From an uncultured Chloroflexia bacterium (lineage in GTDB: Bacteria; Chloroflexota; Anaerolineae; CG2-30-64-16): a stretch of 64,000 nucleotides of DNA. The stretch covers positions 288,001-352,000 of the forward strand of contig CAWEMM010000007.1 of assembly GCA_963810095.1 (NCBI GenBank). The letters are read 5' to 3'. Each line of letters opens with the position of its first letter. The stretch's first letter is position 1. Under the pieces are notes generated by a model. It searched no databases. It was not told where the DNA came from and worked only from the letters and a program-made list of their open reading frames with translations. Below, one piece after another: positions 53,639 through 64,000 of this stretch. The translations under genes and the position numbers were made by a program.

Positions 53639-54538
53639 CTACTCTCCGGCGAACACTTTCTCGGGCCACCACTCTTCCCGCTCGGCGTCTGGGCGGAGGA
53701 TGGCGACAACCGCGCCGTCGTGGCTAAGCGCGTAGCCGTCCCGCGTCAGGCTGGCCGGGTGGCCGGCGATCGGTTGGCCGTTGCGTAGTCGCTTCACGTC
53801 ATCCTCGGACACGGGCACGGGCGTGAGTTGAGACAGCGCGGCATTCATCGGGTGCAGGTGCGGGGCCAGTTCGCCGGCGCGGTAAGCGTCCGCGACACTC
53901 TCCGGGCTCGAGCGCGTCGCCGACCAGGAAGCGGCCGCTCCGCGTGCGCCGCAAGCCCGACAGGGCCGCGCCGCATCCCAGCGCCTGGCCGAGGTCGTGT
54001 GCAAGGCTGCGGATGTAGGTGCCCGGCTCGCACGTGACGTCGATTGTCAGGCACGGCTCCGTCCAGTCGACAGCTGGATGCTGTGAATATGAACCGGCCG
54101 GGCCGAGGGCCGGACATCTTCGCCGCGCCGCACCCGCCGGTGCAGTGGCACCCCATCCTGCTTGATCGCAGAATAGGCGGGCGGCGCCTGCATGATGTCG
54201 CCGACGAAGCGGCCCAGCGCCACCCAGATCGCACCCCGGTCGATGTCAGGGCTAAGCGGTCGTGTTTCGACGACTTCGCCCTCCATGTCGTAAGTGTCTG
54301 TGATGGCGCCGAGCTGAACGGCAGCCCGGTAGGTCTTGTCCGAGGCCATCAGGTACTCGCTGACGCGGGTTGCCTGGCCCACGCAGACGAGCAGCACCCC
54401 GGTAGCGAGAGGATCGAGGGTGCCGGCATGGCCGACCCGTTTCACCTTGAGCACCCGGCGAATCCAGGCCACCACGTCATGCGACGTCCAGCCTTGCGGC
54501 TTGTCAATGTTCAGAATGCCGTCCACAGTATTTCCCAT
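53639..54538 (-). CDS. truB: tRNA pseudouridine-55 synthase; frameshifts near 54065 and 53905
   Basis: [48 protein letters not shown]. Confidence 0.93.
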
Positions 54539-54554
54539 CGATGAGAGCCTCGGA

Positions 54555-54625
54555 GAACACAAAGACACCAAGCCACCAAGACGCTGAGGTCTTAGGATGC
54601 CCTTGTGTCTTTGAGTCTTTGTGTT
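54555..54625. repeat. Family B inverted repeat between nrnA and truB
   Basis: AACACAAAGACACCAAG...CTTGTGTCTTTGAGTCTTTGTGTT. Confidence 0.75.
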
Positions 54626-55651
54626 GGCTCGGTCTTCTTCAGGCTCGCAGCCTGCACAAGCGGCAGGACGCGGGCCTCGGCATCGGCAAGCGGGCCCGGC
54701 AGGTTGCAGCCCGCGGCTTGCGGATGGCCGCCGCCGCCCAGGCTGAGTGCAACCGCGGCCACGTCGTACCCGGGCCTCGACCGGAAGTCCACTTCGATCA
54801 TGCCGGTCGCCAGTTCGTTGAACACGACGGCCACAGCCGGCTTCCGCCGCTGTTGATCAGCTGGCTCACCAGCCCGCCGTCGTCGTCGCCGTCAATACCC
54901 GCCGACTCACGCATCTCACGCGTGACCTCAGCCCACAGCACCCGGCCGTCGAGCCGAGCGCTCGAAAACGCCATCGCCCCACAGCCGCATGAACTTGAGC
55001 GGCCGGGTCGCCAGCGTCCGCTGCGCGATGTCGGCCAGGTTCGCGCCCGCCTCCATCAGCCGCACCGCGCAGGCCATCTCTGCGGCCGTCACGTTGCTGG
55101 TCCGGAAGCCCGAGCGTGTCGGTGACGAGGCCCACGAGCAGCGGAACGGCGGCAGACGCCGGCAGCGGCACGCCGAGGGCGTCGGCCAGCGCCACAACCA
55201 ACTGCGAGGTCGAGGCGCACTTCCGGCGCGACGTAGTTGAGGTCGCCGAAGTGCAGATTGGTGATGTGGTGGTCGATGACCAGCAGCGGGCGCGGGCGCG
55301 AACGCCAGGCCGGCGAAGATCTTGCCGAGCCGCGCCGGGTCGCTGGCGTCCAGCGAGATGACGAGGTCGGGATGCAAATCCGGCGGCAGCTGGTTGACGA
55401 TGCGGCCGTCCGCCGGTCTCGCGCCCGGCAGGAAAAGCAGCGATCTCGGGCGCGGGGTCCTGGCAGGCCAGCGTGACGCGGCCGGGCCGCCCGGCCAGCT
55501 CGGGCAGGGCATCGCAGCAGGTGCCCCAGCCCGAGGAGCGAGCCGATGGCGTCGCCGTCAGGGTTGAAGTGGCAGAACGCCACGATGTTCCTGGCCGCCG
55601 AGGATGTGCGGCTGCCAGGTCACTCAGCGCTGCGCTGTTCGGCGTCGGCAT
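54592..55651 (-). CDS. nrnA: DHH/DHHA1 phosphoesterase (NrnA-like); multiple frameshifts
   Basis: HFNPDGDAIGS, IDHH, VTDT.GFR, FRS...GGGGHPQAAG across frames. Confidence 0.85.
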
Positions 55652-56096
55652 GATTCTCCTGCTCGCGCGCGTCCTGCTCGGTTTCGTTCTGCGGCTCGGG
55701 GCGCATCGCCGTCGCCCGCACCGTCTGCGGTGCGGTCGGCGTCGCTGCTCGCTGCGATCTGGTCCAGGATCTCGTCGATACGCTGTGCGCGCTTCTCAGT
55801 CTCGTCGACGACGAAGTGCAACTCGGGCACGACGCGCAGGTGCAGGTTCTCGAGCAGCGAGCGGCGCAGGAACGTGGTCGAGTGCTGCAGTGCGCTCAAC
55901 ACGTGGCGCGATTGCGCGGGCGGGCAACGCGTGCTGGATGTACACGCCGCGCATTGCCCAGGTCGGGCGACACCTGAACGTCGGTGACTGTGACCATCGC
56001 GTCGTCGAGACGCGGGTCGGTCAGTTCACTGGCGATCAGGAGGCCCAGTTCCTCAGTCAATACCTCGGCAATACGTTCTTGCCGGCGAGAGGTCAT
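55624..56096 (-). CDS. rbfA: Ribosome-binding factor A; frameshifted
   Basis: [11 protein letters not shown]...DPRL...[24 protein letters not shown]. Confidence 0.9.
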
Positions 56097-58737
56097 TACA
56101 GTACCCGTTCCTTCTTGTAGGTCTCCAGGATGTCGCCGACTTCGAAGTCGTGGAAGTTGTGCAGGTTGATGCCGCACTCGAACCCCGTCTTGACTTCGGT
56201 CGCGTCTTCCTGGAACCGCTTCAGTGCGCGCGATCTTGTCTTCGGCCACCACCTCGCCGCCGCGCTTGACGCGCACGGACGAGTTGCGGGTGATTTCGCC
56301 GTCGAGCACCATGCAGCCCGCGATCTTGCCGACCTTCGAGACCTTGAAGACCGCCCGGATTTCCGCATGGCCGGTCACGACTTCCTTGTAGACCGGTTCG
56401 AGCAGGCCCGTGAGCGCCTTCTGCACATCCTCGATGATGTTGTAGATGATGTTGTAGATGCGGATGTCGACGCCCTCGGCCTCGGCCAGGCGCTGCGCGC
56501 CCGCTGTCTGCCACGACCGAGAAGCCGACGATGATGGCGTGCGACGCGATGGCCAGCATGACGTCCGACTCGGTGATATTGCCCGTGCCCTGGTGCAGGA
56601 TCTTGACCTTCAGCTTGTCGGTGCTCAGCTTCTCGAGCGAGTTCACGATCGGCTCGATCGAGCCCTGCACGTCGGCCTTCAGGATCAGGTTGAGTTCCTT
56701 CGACCTTGCCGGCCTCGGCCTCGGCGAAGATGCTTTCCAGCGTGCGCACGGGCGCGGGTCCTGCGGCCGCCTTCTTGGACAGCTGCCGCTCTGAAGCCAT
56801 GGAGCGGGCGGTGCGGTCGTCGGCGACGACCTTGAACGTCTCGCCCGCCACCGGCACGTCGGAGAAGCCCAGGATCTGGACCGGCGTCGCCGGCGGCGCC
56901 TCGGTGATCGGCTCGCCCTTGTCATCATACATGGCGCGAATCTTCGGCGTAGGTTTCCCCGCTCACGATGCTGTCGCTCACGCTGCAGCGTGCCGTTCTG
57001 GACCAGCAGGGTGGCCATGGGGCCGCGCTGCTTGTCCAGCCGGCTCTCGATCACCGTGCCCAGGCATTCGCCCTTTGGGTTCGCCGTCTGCGGGTCCACG
57101 TCGGCCAGCAGCAGGATGCTCTCGAGCAGGTCGTCGATGCCGCGGCGCATCTTCGCCGAAACCGGCACGCACATCACGTCGCCGCCGTACTCCTCGATGA
57201 GCACGCCGTTGTCCGCCAGTTCCTGCTTGACGCGGTCGGGGTTCGAGCTTGCGCCTTGTCGATCTTGTTCATCGCGACGATGATCGGCACCTGGGCCGCC
57301 TTCACGTGCGCGATGGCTTCTTTCGTCTGCGGCATGACGCCGTCATCGGCCGCCACCACCACGATCGCGATGTCCGTCACCTGCGCGCCGCGGGCGCGCA
57401 TGGCGGTGAAAGCCTCGTGACCCGGCGTGTCCAGGAACGTGATCTTGCGACCGTTGATCTCGACCTGGTACGCGCCGATGTGCTGGGTGATGCCGCCGGC
57501 CTCGCCTTCGACGACGCGGGTCTCGCGGATGGCGTCGAGCAGGGTCGTCTTGCCATGATCGACATGGCCGAGCACGACGACGACGGGCGGGCGGAGGACC
57601 ATGTCCTCCGCCTCTTCTTGCGCCATGATCTCGCTGGCGCAGGGTCTGCGGCGCGTCCTCCGGCTCGGCCGATACTTCAGGTTCCGCCGCGCTTCTCAGG
57701 ATGGACCGCGATGCCCAGTTCCTCGCCGATGAGCGCGGCCGTGTCGAAATCGATCGACTCGGTGATCGGCACCATCATGCCGTAGTTCATCGAGCGTCTT
57801 GATGATTTCGATCGGGCTCTTGCGCATCTTGTCGGCCAGGTCGCGGACGGTGATCATGTCCGGAATGATGATTTCCGTGACCGCGGCCGCCGCGGCCGCA
57901 CGCGCGAGACCTGGGTCAACGGCGGCGGTGCGAGCGTCTCGCCCGCGGGCAACTGCGAACCGCGGCCCCGCTGGCCGCCCTGCGGTCGCTTTTGGCCGCC
58001 CGGCCGCCCGGCTTGTGACGAGCCGCCGCCGGGCCGCCGCTGCTGGTCGGGCGCCTTGCGCGGTGGACCACCGCGGTCAGGTGCACCCGTGGGCGGTGTG
58101 CCGAAGCCCCCGCCACCCTGATTGCCGCCGAAACCGCCACCGGGCCGGCCCTGCGCTGGACCGCGGCCGGGGCCACCCTGTCCGCCATAGCCGCTCGGGC
58201 CACCGAAGCCCCCCGGGGCGTGGACCGCCGGGGCGTTGGCCGCCCACCGGTCGGGGACCACTGGGCGCGGGCCGCCCGCGCGGCACGACCGTGTCCTCGG
58301 ACGTCGGGTCGAAAACGCGCTGGTTGAAGGGTTCGTCGGGGTTTGCGGGCTGGCCGTCTGGCCGGACACCCGGCCCACCTGGCCGTGCTCCCGGTGCACC
58401 GGGCCCGGGGCCGCCGGGACGCGACGGCCCTGGTGCGCCCGCGCCGCCCGGCTTGGACGGGCTAGCAGGCTTGGCAGACGCCGGCGTCTTAGGCTGGCGC
58501 GCCGCATCATTGCGGGCCGCGTCGTTGCGCGCACCGTCACGCTGCGCACCGTCACCCTGCATCGCGTCGCTGCGGGGTGCGTTATTAGCGGGCCTGGCCG
58601 GCTGACCGAGGGTTGGGTCGTGTCCCGCCCTGCTGCGCACCCTGCCCACCGGGATTCCCGGGCCGTGCGGGTGTGTTGGGCTCGTTTTTTTCGTCTTGTG
58701 CCCGCTTGGGCTGATCATTCTTCGGGTCGTTTGCCAT
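56096..58737 (-). CDS. infB: Translation initiation factor IF-2 with long Gly/Pro/Arg-rich N-terminus; many frameshifts
   Basis: [56 protein letters not shown]; AGGAGG RBS before ATG 58737. Confidence 0.95.
58500..58575 (-). repeat. 15-bp tandem repeat (5 degenerate units) in the infB N-terminus
   Basis: Encodes [25 protein letters not shown]. Confidence 0.65.
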
Positions 58738-59106
58738 TAATCCATCCTCCTGTTGCCGGTAGGCCCGCCTCTCAGGAAGCGGGCCGCGAACGGCCAACCT
58801 GGTACGCGCCAGGGTGCTGCACCGCGTGAGTTGCACGAGCCGGCCGGTTCATATATAAGGTCAAACGACGGGGAAGGACAGGGGGTGTCAGAGGGAGCGG
58901 CTTAGAGGTCAACGTACCATAAGCCCTTCCTCGTGACGCCTCAGTCCTGCGCCCATCGGTTGTGTTGTGAGTTACGACCCACAACCTGCGGGGTGGCGCC
59001 CGCAACTAGCGGTCGCGTGGCCGCTACCATCACTTGCTCCTGTTACAGAGGTGGCGTGGATCCGCATGGAACAATCGCCCTCGACGGATCCACCCGATGC
59101 ATTCGA

Positions 59107-59444
59107 CTATTCCTCTGGCAGCGTCTCGGCGTACGCCTTCAACCCCGCCAGGTCTTCCTGCGTTATCGTCGTCTTCAGCGCCGCATTCAGCTTGTGAACA
59201 GCGCCGGGCCCTGCCAGCAGGGTCGCGCCTTGCACAGGTACGCCCCGCGGCCGGCCACCTTGCCCGTCGGGTCCACCCGAACGGCGCCGTCGGGCGTGCG
59301 CACGATACGCACCAGCTCGCGCTTGCCCCGCTCCGAGCGGCAGACCACACAGGTCCGCTGCGGCACGTGCTTCGGCCGCGGCCCCTTGGGCTTCGACCCC
59401 CCGGATGGCGCTTGCTTCGCCCCGGCTGCCTGTGCGGGCGTCAT
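59107..59444 (-). CDS. ylxR: YlxR/DUF448 family protein; frameshift near 59195
   Basis: HVPQRTCVVCR, ELVRIVR, GRGAYLC...C. Confidence 0.9.
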
Positions 59445-59450
59445 CGCGGC

Positions 59451-61138
59451 CTAGTATTCCCCAAGATCGCCCCAGCCGCCGCGGCCCGGCTTGCGCTTGC
59501 GCCGCGCGACGACCTGGCCCAGGTCCTCGTCGAACACCAGCTCGCGCTTCTTCGTGTCCTTCTTGGCCTTCTTGGCGGGCGCCTTCTTGGCACCGGCGGG
59601 CTGGGCCTCGCCGTCTTCTTCGTCGTACTCGACTTCCTCGGCCGGGAACGCTTCGGGGACGAGGAGACCTTGCCGTGCCTCGACCATCGTCTGCGGCTCG
59701 ACTGCGACACCCGCAACCTCAGTCGACGGTGCGGCGGGCTTCGACGGTCTCGGGCGCGGCCTCCGCCTCGATCGTCTCGGCGGGCGCAGGCGCCGCGGCC
59801 TCGACAGCCTCGGGTGCGACCTCTGCCTCGACCGGTTCGAGCTGCGGGGCTTCGCCCTCGGGGGCTTCCTGCTCCACCTGCGGCAGCTCGAGGCGGTTCT
59901 GATCTGCATGGGCCAGCAGGCGTGCCGCCGTCTCGAGCGTCGCCTGCGACTTGTCTCGCTCGCGGAGCAGCCACTCGGCCCGGCTCAGCAGGTCGTCGCT
60001 CGGCGGCAGCGCCGCGGCCTTGTCCTGCAGGCTTCGGGCGCGGATCATCTGCATCTGCTGGCGCTTGATCTCGGCCAGGCCCTCGGTGGCAGCCTCGGTC
60101 TCGCTCTTGATGTCGATGCGCCAGCCCGTCAGCTTGGCCGCCAAGCGGGCGTTCTGGCCTTCCTTGCCGATGGCCAGCGACAGCGAGCGGTCGGGAACCA
60201 CCACGATCGCCGTGCGCAGGTCGCCTTCCTCGATCAGGATCGTGTCGGTCGGCTTGGCCGGGCTCAGCGCATTGCTGATGAAGTTGCGCACATCGGCCGA
60301 CCACTCGACCACGTCGATCTTCTCGCCGTTCAGCTCGTCGACGATGTTCTGGATGCGCGTGCCGCGCAAGCCGACGCACGACCCGACCGGGTCGACGCCG
60401 GGCTGGCTTGCAGAAACGGCCACCTTCGAGCGCTGGCCCGGCTCGCGCGCAATGCTCTTGATCTCGACCGTGCCGTTATAGATCTCGGGGATTTCCCGCT
60501 CGAGCAGGCGGCGGAGCATATTGCGGTGCGTGCGCGAAAGCCGGATTTGCGGCCCGCGCGTGCCCTTGTTGATCTCCGCCAGCAGCGTGCGCACGTTCAT
60601 CCCGACGCGGTAGCGGTCGTTCGGCAGCTGGTCTTCGGCCGCAATGATCCCCTCGGCCTTCTTGCTGAGGGTGACGGTCACCGCATTGGAGCGGTAGTCA
60701 ATCGACTGCACCTGGCCGGTGATCAGCTCGCCTTCCCGCTGCTTGTAGAAGTCATACAGCTGGTCACGTTCGGCCTCGTGAATGCGCTGCAGGATGACCT
60801 GCTTCGCGGTCTGCGCGGCGATGCGGCCGAAATCGGCCGGCTGCGCGTTGGTCAAGGATCGTGCCGCCCACCTCGGCATTTTTGTCGATCTTGCGTGCCT
60901 CGGCGAGGGTGATCTCCGTCGCCGGGTCTTCAACCGTCTCGACGACCGTCTTCTCGCACGTGACCTGCAGATCGCCGGATGTCGGGTCAATCGACGCCTG
61001 CACGTTCGCTGTCGCGCTGGCGTAGTTTTTCCGGTAGGCGTGGACCAATGCTTCTTCGATGGCTCCCAGGATCACATCGCGCGGCAGCTCCTTTTCCGCG
61101 CAAATCTGGTTAACAGCCATGATCAGCTCTTTGCTCAT
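59451..61138 (-). CDS. nusA: Transcription termination factor NusA with acidic C-terminal extension; frameshifts
   Basis: [14 protein letters not shown]1 and KH domains, [42 protein letters not shown]. Confidence 0.95.
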
Positions 61139-61250
61139 TTCCTTCGTTTACTCCTATGGACGCCCTGCACCCGGGACGAGAACTACCCGTCGAGTGCGGC
61201 GCATCCCTGCCTCCCGGCCCTACAGCCGGCCCTGTTTGTTACGGCCCCTG

Positions 61251-61283
61251 ACAACAAAGAAAGCCGGGGGGTTCCCGACTTTC
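61251..61283 (-). terminator. Leader hairpin / putative attenuator upstream of nusA
   Basis: Minus strand GAAAGTCGGG-AACCC-CCCGGCTTTC followed by TTTGTTGT, about 25 nt after the predicted TSS. Confidence 0.55.
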
Positions 61284-61313
61284 CGCAGAAGAGTGGCTGA
61301 AGCTAATGTCAGA

Positions 61314-61342
61314 AGAATACCACAGGGTTGCCAATGGGTCAA
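61314..61342 (-). promoter_or_regulatory. Sigma70-type promoter of the nusA operon
   Basis: TTGACC-17 bp-TATTCT with TGG extended -10 on the minus strand. Confidence 0.7.
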
Positions 61343-61405
61343 GTTCTGTCACCGGGCGTAACGCACCCCCCCCGGTGCGGCGCGGAGCAGCAGTCTCCGT
61401 GCCGC

Positions 61406-62332
61406 CTACCGTAGGGCCGCGTAGTGCTTATCCCAGATGGCGGCCCCCGCGGGACCCTGGGCGAAGTCAAGAAATGCCTGCAATCCGGGGGATGCCGGCT
61501 CCCGAGCGGCCAGGTAGAGGGTGCGGGTGAGGTGATAGCCGCCGCTGCCGATCGCCTCTTTCGAGGGCAACAGGCCCTCGACCGGGACAACTCGCACCCG
61601 GCTGTCCGCAGCATCGGCCGAGAGATAGCCGACCGCCAGCCGGTGGCTCGCAACGTAATCGGCGACGGCCCGAGTTGTCGGCATGACCAGGGCGTTGAGC
61701 GTCACCCGCCGGTCGCCCATGATACGGCTTTCGAAGGCTGCCCGGGTGCCCGACCCTTCTTCGCGACTGACGATCACGGGTTCACCTTGCTCGCCACCCA
61801 ACCCACTCCAGTCGAGCACCTCGCCGCCGAACAGCGAGCGCAGTTGCAGCGCCGTCACGTTCGTGATCGGGTTACGCGGGTGCACGACGATCGCGATTCC
61901 GTCTCGGGCCACCGGCACGAGGCGGTAGCCCGGGGGCGCTGCCTTGCTCGCATCCCACCATGACAGCGCGGCGACCTCGGCCCGACCGGCGCGCAGGTCC
62001 TCCCAGCCGTTGCCGGTATCGCCGCCCTGCACCTCGAGCAGCACGTTTGGGTTCTGAGCCTGGAACGCCGCAGCGATCTCACGCAGCGCGGGCGCCATAC
62101 TCGTCGAGCCAGCGATCCGCAGCCGGGTGGGGGCAGGGGTGGGGGCCGGGCCGGCCGAGCACGCAGCTGTCAGAAAGAGGACGAAGAGCAGGAGGAGCGC
62201 CTGTAACACGGCCGTTTGGAACACGGAGGCGCGAAGGTTAGCGAAGTGCAGGAAGCACGAAGGACGCGAAGTCGTACGCACTTTCTGAGCTTCGCTTGTC
62301 CTCGCACCTTCGGGTTCCACAAGCTCAGGCAC
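61406..62332 (-). CDS. Phosphate ABC substrate-binding lipoprotein (PstS-like, PBP2); start uncertain (62332 or about 62209)
   Basis: Lipobox LTAAC; [39 protein letters not shown]. Confidence 0.85.
   Translation of the reverse strand: MPELVEPEGARTSEAQKVRTTSRPSCFLHFANLRASVFQTAVLQALLLLFVLFLTAACSAGPAPTPAPTRLRIAGSTSMAPALREIAAAFQAQNPNVLLEVQGGDTGNGWEDLRAGRAEVAALSWWDASKAAPPGYRLVPVARDGIAIVVHPRNPITNVTALQLRSLFGGEVLDWSGLGGEQGEPVIVSREEGSGTRAAFESRIMGDRRVTLNALVMPTTRAVADYVASHRLAVGYLSADAADSRVRVVPVEGLLPSKEAIGSGGYHLTRTLYLAAREPASPGLQAFLDFAQGPAGAAIWDKHYAALR
62219..62319. repeat. Family B-like degenerate inverted repeat at the uppP/pstS junction
   Basis: GAACACGGAGGCGCGAAG..GCGAAG..CACGAAGGACGCGAAG ... CTTCGC..CCTCGCACCTTCGGGTTC. 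Confidence 0.6.
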
Positions 62333-63180
62333 GGCGACCTACCCCATCACGCTCGCCACAATCACGATCACGCCGACCACTGCGCAGTAGATCGCGAACG
62401 GGTAGAGTTTGCCGCGCCGCAGGTAGGCGAGGAGAAAGCGGATACATAGATAGCCGACGATGGCGGCCGTTAGGGTGCCCAGCACGATCGCCGACGGTGG
62501 ACGATGTAGCCGTTTCCGTTCCCTTGAAGACGTCGAACAACTGCAGGACGCCGGCGCCCAAGATCGCGGGCGTGGCCAGCAGGAAGCTGTAGCGGGCCGA
62601 CGATTCGCGCGTCAAGCCCCGGGCGAGCCCAGCAGAAATCGTCGCGCCCGAGCGGCTCAGGCCGGGCGCAATCGCCGCAGCCTGGGCGAAGCCGATCGAC
62701 GATCGAGTCCGGAATGTTGATCCGGTTCAGAGGCCGCTCGCGCCGGCCGTAACGCTCGCTCAGCGCGAGGATGGCGGCCGTGACCAGCATGAACGCGCCC
62801 ACGGCCGTCGGGGTGTCGAACAGCGACTCGACAAAGTCCTTCAACAGGAACCCGACGACCACGGCAGGGATGGTGCCGACGATGATGGCCCAGGCCAGCC
62901 GGGCATTCGGGTCGGCAAGGCGCCCGCCCGCAGCACTGTTCCAGCGTCCGCGGGTGAAGAGGCTGCCGAAGAAGCCGCGGATGATGTCGATCCAATCGCG
63001 CCAAAAATACACGAGGACCGCGGCCAGCGTGCCCCAATGCAACATGGTGTCGAAGAGCAGGCCGGGATTGGACCAGCCCAGCGCCCACGGCACGAGCACA
63101 AGATGTCCGGATGAGCTGACGGGGATAAACTCGGTGAGCCCTTGGACGATGCCAAGGACGATGGCCTGAATGATGTTCAT
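62325..63180 (-). CDS. uppP: Undecaprenyl-diphosphate phosphatase; frameshifts near 62700 and 62500
   Basis: [48 protein letters not shown]. Confidence 0.93.
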
Positions 63181-63242
63181 GTTCCCTCTGTGTGCCGCTT
63201 GATGGGTGCTGCTTGGCTTGGCCGGCTTTCGTCGTGCGGCGC

Positions 63243-64000
<758 letters not shown>

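Overview
High-GC chromosomal segment that looks like a Chloroflexota (Anaerolineae/Caldilineae-like) genome. This assignment is inferred from the CpXC protein, Pro/Thr-rich secreted proteins with a C-terminal YLP motif, a DUF2723 glycosyltransferase and AGAAACCnGGTTTCT repeats. About 52 CDSs are present, mostly housekeeping or metabolic: tgt, uppP, nusA-ylxR-infB-rbfA-nrnA-truB-ribF, thyA, era, pckG, mdh, ligA, dinB, trmI, fabF, lysA, a peptide ABC transporter, a P450, a Mo-oxidoreductase and envelope glycosylation genes. Many genes, including essential ones, are broken by single-base indels, most likely long-read assembly errors rather than pseudogenes. I found no rRNA, tRNA, CRISPR array, integrase or transposase. 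The most unusual observations are a RibF-archease fusion, a LysA-DapF fusion whose epimerase has Ser at both catalytic Cys positions and whose linker resembles a REP-type palindrome, and a carnitine/choline acyltransferase homologue lacking its catalytic His. Also notable are four families of short palindromic intergenic repeats that in several places enter coding sequence, a 101-bp duplicated gene 3' end bracketing a beta-helix gene, a WYL operator centred between two divergent -10 boxes, several probable leaderless genes, and a long hairpin-rich spacer before infB.
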